Positions 25,480-35,849 of a DNA stretch of 64,000 nucleotides are shown here, one piece after another; within the stretch, counting starts at the first letter, position 1, and each line of letters opens with the position of its first letter. Under the pieces are notes generated by a model. It was not told the origin of the DNA and ran no database searches. It saw only the letters and a list, made by a program, of their open reading frames with translations. Origin of the DNA: Zootoca vivipara (lineage: Eukaryota); contig NC_083283.1 in the NCBI RefSeq assembly GCF_963506605.1, positions 39,680,001-39,744,000 of the forward strand, in the 5' to 3' direction. The position numbers and the translations under genes were made by a program.

Positions 25480-25870
25480 CTGAGGCTCCCACATCAAAGG
25501 CTCTGCAGGGCTGAAGAGCACTCCCCAAGTATCACTCTCTGGAAACAAAAATCCAAGTAGGACTGGAACCACCACAAAGCAGCGCCACCCGCCCATAACT
25601 TGGACAGCCACTCCAGAAGGATACCATGGCTGATGGTATCAAAAGCTGCTGAGAAGTCAAGGAAAACTATACTTTCCTGCCATAGCTATAGACGCACCTC
25701 TGTGAGGAGGGAATTCCATGACTTAGGAGCTGCCGCGGAGAATGCCTCTCCTGGGACACCACAACGCAAACGGCAGAGAGAGGTGGAACGACCACAACGG
25801 CTCCCACTGCTAATCTTAACCCCTTGGTGGGTCTGTCGAGAAGGAGCACTCAAAGCGCACTCAGCCACTT
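25480..25870 (-). mobile_element. Old rearranged L2 fragments
   Basis: Minus strand encodes LDFSAAFDTISHGILL (RT) and AFSAAAPKSWNSL (C-terminal). Confidence 0.65.
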
Positions 25871-25903
25871 CAGCTCCTACCTAGGCTAGCAACTAAGGTC
25901 ATG

Positions 25904-25906
<3 letters not shown>

Positions 25907-25956
<50 letters not shown>

Positions 25957-26770
25957 TTTTATTTATACCCCGCCCTCCCCAGTCAAAAACCGGGCTCAGG
26001 GCGGCTGACACCAACAGAACCACAATAAAACATAAAAACAATTAATTAAAATACAGATTAAAATACAGTATTAAAATTTAAAGTGCAGCCTCATTTCAAG
26101 TAGGCCATAAATCCAAGCCATGAGGGAGAAAAACACAGGGGTCAGGCTGAGTCCAGCCCAAAGGCCAGGCGGAACAGCTCTGTCTTGCAGGCCCTGCGGA
26201 AAGATGACAAATCCCGCAGGGCCCTGGTCTCCTGGGAAAGAGCGTTCCACCAGGTTGGGGCCAGTACTGAAAAGGCCCTGGCTCTAGTAGAGGCCAATCT
26301 AGCCATCTTATGACTCGGGATCTCCAGAATATTATTATTTGTGGACCTTAAGGTCCTCCGCGGGGCATACCAGGAGAGGCGGTCCCGTAGGTACGAGGGT
26401 CCCAAGTCGCATAGGGCTTTAAAGGTCAAAACCAGCACCTTAAACCTGATCCTGTACTCCACCGGGAGCCAGTGCAGCTGGTAAAGCACTGGGTGAATGT
26501 GATCCCGTGGCCGGGACCCTGTAAGGAGCCTCGCCGCGGCATTCTGCACCCGCTGGAGTTTCTGGGTCAGCTTTAAGGGCAACCCTGCGTAGAGCGAGTT
26601 ACAATAGTCAAGCCTGGAGGTGATCGTCGCATGGATCACTGTGGCCAGATCGGGGCGAGAGAGGTAAGGGACCAACTGCTTGATGCGGCGGAGATGGAAA
26701 AATGCCACCTTTGCTGTGGATGCAACCTGCGCCTCCATGGAAAGGGAGGCGTCAAAGGTTACACCAGGGG
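25907..26770 (-). mobile_element. L2-clade LINE 3' end, open C-terminal ORF2
   Basis: ORF 26142-26858: SRLDYCNSLYAGLP, LHWLPVEYRIRFK, RAFSVLAPTWWNAL. (TTA)n tail at 25907-25953. Confidence 0.95.
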
Positions 26771-27960
26771 GTGTGTGTGGGTTAGCAGTATTCCAGTAAT
26801 GACAGTCTTTAGTACTCAAGCCCAGTTCTTTATGCAGGCGGGTGTCCCCCAGCTGCAATAATAGCTCATTTGCCCTAATAGCTGCACATCAGAAGATCTT
26901 TTCCTTCTATGAACTGCTGCACCACAGCCATTGACTTTCCAATAAAATAAATAAATAACCAATATCTGTGTCAGCAGCTCCTTGTGTTATCTATTAGCCA
27001 CATTAGGAATGCTGCTTTATGCATGTACTGCTGGGGCAAGGCATTTTAAGGTGTTTAAAAATTGATATGTTTTTGGAGTACTTGCTGATAATGCTGAGCT
27101 CAGCACAGGGGCTTCCCTCCTTTTCCATTTGCTTCAGCACCGCCAAGCTGTTTGCTAACCAGCAGCAACCTTTGACCCACTTTTTCAGAAGACTCTCAAA
27201 ATAGGCTGTTGCAAATGCGATTCTGCTATTCAGTGTTGACTGAATCTTCTGGTAACTAATCACGTCTATCTGGAGCAAAGGTGGCTTGTGTGGGCTGAGA
27301 AGCCCAGAAAACTAGTTGTAGGTTTAATCCTACTGACTAAACAGCTCCCACCTGACATTTAAGCAACCTTGAACCTTGGGACTCAGATTTTCCAACAGAA
27401 GAGGTTTGTTCCATGCATTCTAAATAATCACAACTGGCTGACCCAAAAGGAGATCAAGGTGCTTAATAAGGGCTTGGCTTGAAAACAAAACTCATTAAGT
27501 CTAGAGAGCTTTCAGTGCCAAGCCCACATATGAGAAAGTGAAGGTTTTATAGCCTCCCACAGTTAAAAGCTTTCAAAGGCAAACACAGTTTTGTTGCTCT
27601 GGTGTCGCTGCACAAAAACTGGAGGGAGATACACAGTAATAGCTTTTCATTGGGTCATCAATAGTTGTGTAAAAGGTCTATAGGCTTGAGCGAAACTGGG
27701 ACGGAGCAATACTGTATATTTAATAGGTAGGTTTATACCCCACTTTCGTCTAGGGAGCTCAAGATTGTGTGTGCGAATTCCCCCCCCCTCGCCCCCATCA
27801 CACACACATGCCCCATCTGAATTTTATCTTCATAAAAACTCTGTGTAGCAGATTAAGCTGTGTAAGAGCTGTGGGTCCAAAATCACTCAGTGAGTTTCAA
27901 ACGAAGATTGCAACCCAAGTCTCCCTAGTCATAGGGTCACATACACACAATAGAATTAAA

Positions 27961-28098
27961 ACACATTTAAGGCACACGACCTCCCCTGAAGAATCATGGG
28001 GACTGTAGTTTGTTAAGGATGGTGAGAACTGTAGCTCTGTGCAGGGTAAATGATTGTTCCCAGGATTCTTTGGGGCAAGTCATGTGCTTTAAATGTGC
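27961..28098. mobile_element. Palindromic MITE
   Basis: cacatttaaggcacacgacctcccc is inverted relative to ggggcaagtcatgtgctttaaatgtg. Confidence 0.65.
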
Positions 28099-30671
28099 AT
28101 TAAAAATACTATACATGTATACTGTGGGCATGACCCTAGGCTGCATCACACTCTTCAGTTGAAAACTACAAATCAGCTTGGAATTACCATTATCATTAAT
28201 ATGTGCTAGCAGAATTCATTTTGCAATGAGGTTGCAAGTCTTTATGAACAAAAGGCTAGGCATGATAGGAGAACATTTGCAAAATGTACTATTGCTTCCA
28301 ATGAAAGAACCGGTTTTGAAATGTGTGTTGGGGAAAGGGTTTCTTGGAAGCACACAAATAACTGATTCTCTCCCTCTGGTCTCCTGTTTTAATGATGAAA
28401 TTACAACTGAAAACCAATTTTCTTCTGAGCTATGTCTTAACAGTTCAGAAAGCATCTTTCCCCTCAAGGATCTGCCAGTTCTGAAATGGGAATGTGCTAA
28501 CTGTTGGGGTTCTGGCTTTGAAAATACCAGACCCCCCACGAATTTTAATGCCCCATCATCTGTCATAACGATTGGCTTTTACTGTGACAAATCGCCTCCG
28601 TGCATAGACAGGAGCTATAAAAACCTGGCCTTTCCTTTCCAATGTACCCCAAAACAGGCTGTTTATAATCCCTCTATAGAAGTACAATTAACCCATGTAA
28701 TTAAGAATTCTGTTAGCTGTAATACAATTCAGAACAAGAAACGCATTCTGAATACTATGCGATACTTTTGTTTTTGACATGCAGCCCATGACTTTTTTTT
28801 TTGCCTCCTCCTTTTCTTTCAGCTTCAAACTTGATGTGACTTGGGAAATCTGTATTTAGATCTCCCAAGATTTGGGGTGGTTCCTTGGATTTGGGGTGAG
28901 ACCTTGCTGGAAACTGGCACCGATACCCCTTCTCCACCATTGGTGGAGGCAGCTGAACAGGTAGCGTGTGTAGGAGGGTGCCACCTCGGGGCTTCTCCAC
29001 CATTGGGCAGAGGCAGCAGGCTGGGTATTTCAGGTGGCAACAGTGGCAGGTATGGTGGCACTGGCAAAAGGGAAGGGTGACACATCCCGTTTTACCTCAA
29101 GTGGCAATATGGGAGGCAACGCCCCTGCTTCCCAGACAGCTCTGGAAATTGCCACTTTGTGAGGGCAATAAGAGCTCTTAGTGCCCTTAACAAACTATTT
29201 CCCATGATTCTTTGGGGAAAGCTGTGACAGTTAAAGTAGTATGATACTGCTTCAAATATATGGTACACCCTGAGTAGAACTTAGATTGGATATCAGCTTT
29301 AGTCTGGATCCAACCTGGGTGGAATCTACACATGCTAAAAATGTTGTGAAAATGCTTTAAAAAAAAAAGTTTTGACAAATGCTTTGAATTTGCTATAGCT
29401 CACCGTCGCCATCTAGTGTCACAATTGTATATTGCACTTTACAACACATTCAAAACGTTTTATAGCTGAGTCCCTGGTATATATTTCCCATTTAATTCTT
29501 TTTTTATTTTTCACCCCCTAATGCTTGTGAATTTACTTTGCTAGTTTGAAGTAATTTTGTGCCTTTGCCATCCTGAATGAATGAATGCCACACCATTTTG
29601 TGCAAAGGGTTTCTTTTCAAACAGGATAAAGAGACCCGAGGAAATAAGATGCACAAAGGAATAAAGCCTTCCTCCATGCCAGTCTTTTGTCACTATTATT
29701 CACGCCTCCCTCCACGCATTTCATATAGCATGCTGATTATGTTGCAGGATGGCTCTTTGACAGTAACATTCACCCATCTGTATGATACTGAATACCTATT
29801 CACACATGGAAATTAAAAAACGTTGTAGCATAAAGGCCTGCATACATCGGCTGCCAGCCCAAGGTGAGCCTATCAGGCGTGCCTGCCAGGCACAGGATCT
29901 GCTTATTGCTGAAGCCCACCGTGACAGCTGGTATAGAACTAAGAAGCGGTTAGTGAGCTGACTGAAGTTGCAAAGGACTTTTATAACTGCAATAAACTAT
30001 ACTTTCTCATGATGGCTAAGAATCGGCAATCTTTCCATTCTGCTAGATATTGTTCCATCCATTCGCTTACATTACAAAAGTGGCTCCAGATTCGTTGCTC
30101 GTAACACATACTGTGCAAATTTGTGTTCCTGCCGTTTATATCACACCCTTCAAAAATTTTAAAAAAATTCCAGACAGTTTACAGTCAATCATAAAGCAAT
30201 AAAACAACACTAATTGTTTTTCAGGCCTTCAGGAAAGCAAGAAAGCCTATAAGGCTGTAAAAGGAAGTGCTATCACTCTGAATTATGCTTAGAAATGGGC
30301 TGGAAGCCAGCGAAGTTCTCTATTATTATGATTATTAATATTTTTATTTGCAAATTTAATGAAGAGGAAGGGCAAAGACAAATCATATATATTTATATAT
30401 GCATGAATACTGTTAATGGTAACAAAAAAAATCCACCATCAGTTCACATTATGGATACAGTAACCACCAGAACATATGCCTCTTAAGTTAAACACAGAAA
30501 TTAATATATTCCCTCCTCTGGAGTCCAATGAAGTTCTTTAAGCCCTAGTGAGACATATTCACAAACCAGCCACAGCTGGTAGGCTTTGTTTTGAACAGCA
30601 GGCTCTTAATAGTCTTCCAAGGCAATCCTACATACAGTGCATTGCAGTAGAGAACCAGTGCATGCATAACA

Positions 30672-30672
<1 letters not shown>

Positions 30673-30724
<52 letters not shown>

Positions 30725-30902
30725 TTATTTATACCCCGCCCATCTGGCTGGGTTTCCCCAGCCACTCTGGGCGGCTTCCAACAGAAATATTAGACTACAC
30801 TAATTTCTTAAAGATTAAAAGCTTCCCTAAACGGGGCTGCCTTCAGATGTCCTCTAAAAGTCTGGTCGTTATATTTCTTTTTGACATCTGGTAGGAGGGC
30901 GT
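30673..30902 (-). mobile_element. L2 3' tail with (TTA)n
   Basis: Reverse-complement match to 22630-22835. Confidence 0.88.
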
Positions 30903-31050
30903 GGGAAGCCTTGCTTCTTTATCTAGAAAGAGTTGCAGCTTGCATACCAGAAAGGCATTCTGTGCTATTGAAGCAGTGCTGCCCCACCTATGAGGCAGCC
31001 ACCCCAGGCAGCAAATCTGGGGCCCCATCACTGCCTCCTCCTCCACCACC

Positions 31051-31290
31051 GCCAGTGTGGTGTAGTGGTTAAGAGCAGTAGACTCGTAATCTGGGGAACC
31101 GGGTTCGTGTCTCCGCTCCTCCACGTGCTGCTGCTGGGTGACCTTGGGCTAGTCACACTTCTCTGAAGTCTCTCAGCCCCACCCACCTCACTCTGTTGTG
31201 GGGGAGGAAGGGAAAGGAGATTGTTAGCCGCTTTGAGACTCCTTCGGGTAGTGATAAAGCGGGATATCAAATCCAAAATCCAAATCCAAA
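31051..31290 (+). mobile_element. Squam3-type (MIR/Ther1-derived) SINE, young copy
   Basis: A-box tggtgtagtgg, B-box ggttcg, CORE gggtgaccttgggctagtcac, L2-like tail. Confidence 0.85.
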
Positions 31291-33171
31291 CTCTCTTTCC
31301 AATGCTGATTTTCACACCCTGCTTTAATGTTGATGCTGATTTTCATTCCTTCTTTTCCTCTCAGTTGGAGAGGGGGTGGGGGGTGCCACCATTTTGTGGT
31401 TTACCTGGGTTGCCTCTAGTGACCGTGCTGGACCAATGAGCACCCACGGTCTGCAGACCTATTCTTTCAGAGAAGAGCAACCCTATGCAGAACAGGTTGG
31501 CCACCATCTGATTTGATTCCTTCCCTCCTGGCAAAGAAGTTTGTTATTGTACAATAACAAACAGACAATAATCTGCAGTTGTCCCGGAAGATATTTGGGT
31601 CATTCCCCAGAATGAAATACCAGAGGAACTCTCAGCCAAAGCAAATGTCTTTAAACATTCTAACAAACATTCAAGTGAATCATTTCTAAGAGTTATGCTT
31701 TGGCTCCTAGGCTTCTTAAAGAGATCGGTTTTGGATCACTGCCTTAACTTCAGCAAAACAAACGGCAATTCTTTATCTTCCAAAGTACTATAAACATCTG
31801 AGGTGTTGGCATGCCCAGCTTATTCTCTCTCAGGCAGAACTACTGCCCTTGATTTCTGAGTCATATAGTACAACATGGCAGTGACGAAGACATGGGTCAG
31901 AGTCTCCTGGTCTGCAGTGCCTTTCCCAGAAAACAAACAAACAAACACCAAACGTTTGTTGTTCTTCTAATGATTGCAGCTGAGGTTAAAGTCCATTCCC
32001 CCCACTGCTTTCTATTTTCAACATGGGGTTGCTTAAAGAAAAACATTTTTCACTTTGTTCTGTTTTTACAGAACAACATTTGCGAAATGAATGTTATTTA
32101 TTCTGTAAAAACATTGTAACAACACATCCTTCTAATCAGGAAGAAAGCACCGCAAGGCCATTATAGCATTTCTGTTGTATGTAGACTGTGATCATACCTC
32201 ATTGATCAGAGTAGATGCGTGGGGTCTGCGCTGCCAACCAAGCAGACTGTCAACGTCCTGAACAGAGCATAATAAAGCTTCTGTGTGTCTTGCTTGGAAA
32301 CAGGAGACTTCTGAAGATTTGACACAAATTCTGGCAGATTCGCATCTAATCCTATTTTGCCACTTTGCCTGTTTAAAAGATGCAGATGTTTCCACATGAT
32401 CAGTTTCTTTTAAAATTGTAAATGCACTGTTATTACTTGTAAGCACAGTCCGGCCAAAGTCAAGCACTTTTTAGACCTATTGATTTCAACAAGAAAAACA
32501 AGCACATTTTCGTGTTTCATTCACTGATATCAATGGGATTTCAAATTAAGCAAAATTTGGCTGGATTGCATTCAGAGTTTTTGGACAAGTTACAGTACGT
32601 TCTCATGCTGCATCCACTGTACTGGTATTTTTTTTATAAAAAAATTAAAGTGTGTGTGTGTGTTTTTAATTTTGCAAAAGACAAGGCTACAAATCATAAA
32701 TGCCAAACATATGAGAGAAATCTCTAGAATTTCAGAAGGTAAGTAAAAATAAATAAGATATAAAACAAAGGCTGGCATTTTGTCTGATCATTCTGTCAAT
32801 TTCCAACAGTGCCATAGCGTGCAACCCAGAGTTCCCAAGATAGTGCATCGATAATGACCACAATGTAGAATGCATCTGAGTCAATATCACAATACAGGCA
32901 ACGGCATTGGATAATATCATTAGCGATGAGTGACAATCTCTGCCCACTCTCACACTCACCTCCGGACCATTTTGTAACGTTTTTAAATGATTGTGTTTTA
33001 TTTTAAAATCCTTTATAGCTGAGCCACTCAAGCGTAGGAGCTCTGAAGTGGCTTTTTACAGTAAATGCAAGCACTTCATTCTTCCATAACAATGCCCCAG
33101 CAAAAATGAACACCCCCCCTTTTTTGCTTTTAATAAACTCCATTCCCCCTTCCTAATTCCTTTTAGGAGAA

Positions 33172-33395
33172 ACAAGAAATAAATAAAAAAAAATCCTTCC
33201 AGTAGCACCTTAGAGACCAACTAAGTTTGTCATTGGTATAAGCTTTCGTGTGCATTTCATGGTATCTGAAGAAGTGTGCATGCACACGAAAGCTCATACC
33301 TATGACAGACTTAGTTGGTCTCTAAGGTGCTACTGGAAGGATTTTTTTTTTATTTTTTGTTTTGACTACGTCAGACCAACACGGCTACTTACCTG
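33172..33395 (+). mobile_element. Penelope-like element: pseudo-LTR plus inverted truncated copy
   Basis: Inverted arms 33191-33255 and 33280-33344 (3 mismatches in 65), terminus cagaccaacacggctacttacctg, 13-bp TSD ccttttaggagaa at 33159-33171 and 33396-33408. Confidence 0.9.
33261..33300 (+). ncRNA. Minimal type I hammerhead ribozyme motif
   Basis: GGUAU-CUGAAGA-A-GUGUGC-AU-GCACAC-GAAA-GC-UC-AUACC: stem I GGUAU/AUACC, stem II hairpin, palindromic AGCU as vestigial stem III, core boxes intact. Confidence 0.75.
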
Positions 33396-33871
33396 CCTTT
33401 TAGGAGAACAACAGTATACTCTCTACTCTCAAGCAGATATGATCAGAGCTTGCCCACCCATGACACTGGGTGCAGCAGTTGCTTTGGCTGGCAGAAGTCC
33501 AATTGGAGGTACACCCATGAGCACCCCACAACCTTTGCTGCCACTGGAGAAGTGGTGGCGGCAGCAGTGCCTGCTTCCAGTGAGAGCTCACAGCATCTCA
33601 CAGAAATCCCATGAGCTCTCACTGAAATACTGTGAGATCCTGTGCGGTCTTGCTAGAAGCTGTCACCAGCTTCATGGGTGCTGCTGCACAAGCCAGGTAA
33701 GGGAGACTTTGCACAGCGGCACAGCAGTGGTTCAGCACAGTAGTACATTCCCATTTTGCCTCAGGTGGTGAAACCCCATAATACAACCAATGAAACAAGG
33801 TGCTCCCAGTGCTGGGAAAGTGTATGTTGCTCCCTGACACTGAATCAGGATAGGTCAACTGTAGTTCTAAG

Positions 33872-34063
33872 CAGTGCTTTTTTTCCTTTTGAAAAAATAG
33901 TTTAACACTATTTCTGGTTTTGCGGAGTTTTTAAACCAAATTGTTCTTAAACCGGACTGTTCTTAAACCGAGGTACCACTGTAAATGGCCAAAAGTACAA
34001 AGATTCACAAAATGTTTAGGGGTATGGGTACTTCTGCGTCCCCCCAGGAAAAAAAGAGCACTA
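33872..34063. mobile_element. hAT MITE containing the right end of a Tigger-like MITE
   Basis: Termini cagtgcttttttt / aaaaaaagagcacta, perfect 8-bp TSD gttctaag. A related copy lies at ~44915-45042 in the opposite orientation. Confidence 0.85.
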
Positions 34064-34236
34064 GTTCTAAGCACGATAATGGAAGGAAGGCCTCTAGAAC
34101 TTTGCCAAATTTATCTCATTTAGATTGGAAGAGCTGAAAGGCAGCTTTAAGGGGTATACAAAGCTTCCTCCCAAACCCCTTCCTCTTAATCCTTTCTTGT
34201 TTTCCTATTTTATGCACCTCTTCTGTCACTCTAGCC

Positions 34237-35849
34237 CAGGGGTGTCAAACTCAAATTCATCGGGGGCCGCATCAGCAGTTTGGTCACCCTCAAAGGGCCG
34301 GTTGTATCTGTAGGACTATGTGTCCACTCTTTATTATCATAAATTATTGTCACTGCATTCAATTATTACTGTTTTTTGTAATAATGTAAGTAATAACTAG
34401 CTCTGAAAGCAGAAACATAGTCAGAATAATGGCAAGTAGATATTCAAATGTACAATTATTGTACAATTTATTGAAAAATGATTTTTGGTAACTGCACTGG
34501 GTGGTGGAGGCTTGCTAGGGTTTCATGCAGGACCTTTGCAGAGCTACTAGTACCTGGAGATGCTGGGGTCCTTCTGCATGCAGGACAGATGTTCTGCCAG
34601 TGAGCCACCACCCTTCACCAAAGGGACTGGCTGAGGTTAACTCACTGGAGCTGCTCTCCTGGTTCCAGGGTTTAAGGGCCAGAAGTATAAAGCAGCATCC
34701 TATGTTTCTGAGGAGAGGGAGAGGGAGAGGAGGGGAGGGAGGGAGGAAGGAAGGAAGGAAGAAAAGAGGGAGTGGGAGGGAGAGAGGAAGGAAGGAAAGA
34801 GGGGAGAGAAAGAAGAGTAGGAAATAAGGAAGGGAATAAAGAAGGAAAGAAAAAGAAAGAGGGAGAGAAGACGGAAGGAAGTAGAGGGAAAGAAAGAATA
34901 AGAATGAGGGAGAGGAAGAAAAATGGGAAGGACGGAAGGAAGGAAGGAAGTAAGGAAGAAAGGAAGAAAGAAAAGAGGGAGCAGGAGGGAGAGAGGAAGG
35001 AAAGAGGTGAGAGAAAGAAGAGTAGGAAAGAAGGAATAAAGAAGGAAAGAAAAAGAAAGAGGGAGAGAAGACAGAGATAAAGAAGGAAGGAAGGAGAGGG
35101 AAAGAAAGAATAAGAACGAGAGAGAGGAAGAAAGGGAAGGGGTGGTCGCCGCCTTGATTCAGCGCCAGAAAAGAGCGCGAAGGGACCCAGGGGCAAAAAG
35201 CATTTCCCGTGCAGCGTGAGGCAGCGGGTGTCCGTTTTAGGAGAAGTGCGTAAAGCCTCAGAGTTGCACGTTCGTGAGGCTGAGCCGCTGCTGAGCTCAC
35301 GTTCATGAGGCTGAGCTGTGGCAGGGGGAGGAGGAGGTGAGGCAAGAGGAGGAGGAGGCGGCGGCTTGCTGGGTCAGTGTCCGGCAGCGCCGTGCGGAGA
35401 GTCCCAAGCCTCTGGGACGCAGCAGTGCGCTGTAGCACTTTGAATCCTCCTCCTCCACGCGGCGCTGCTGGGTACTTTGTCTGTGCTTCAGCTGCAGTAG
35501 CAGCAGCCGTTTCCAGGCGCCGAGCCGTGGCAGGAGGAGGAGGATTCAAAGTGCTACAGAGCACTGCTGCGTCACAGAGGCTTGGGACTCTCCATGCGGC
35601 GCTGCCGGGCGCTGACCCAGCAAGCTGCCTCCTCCTTCTCCTGTTGTGGCTCAGGGCGCTCCACGCAGCGCTGCTCCGGAAGCCTTTCTACCCCCCCCCG
35701 GCCCCAGCTGTTTGTCAGCGCTTTGTTGGCGCGACGCTTCAGCAGCAAGATCCCGCTGCTGGGTCCTGCTGGCTGGGGCGCTCGGCGGGCCACATGACGA
35801 GGTCTGGCGGGCCGGATTTGGCCCGCGGGCCTTGTGTTTGACACCCATG
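34237..35849. mobile_element. 1.6-kb non-autonomous hAT (Charlie-type) element with composite cargo
   Basis: TIRs caggggtgtcaaac / gtttgacacccatg, perfect 8-bp TSD ctctagcc at 34229-34236 and 35850-35857. Confidence 0.92.
34712..35140 (+). repeat. Polypurine (GA-rich) tract with an internal ~205-bp-period duplication
   Basis: agagaaagaagagtaggaaa at 34805 and 35010, with the downstream sequence repeated as well. Confidence 0.85.

Noticed and set aside
34515-35564. 349-aa ORF, the longest in the track
   Set aside because: It is the stop-poor antisense of a GA-rich tract plus a GC-rich palindrome inside a hAT element, giving low-complexity F/L/S/P composition.
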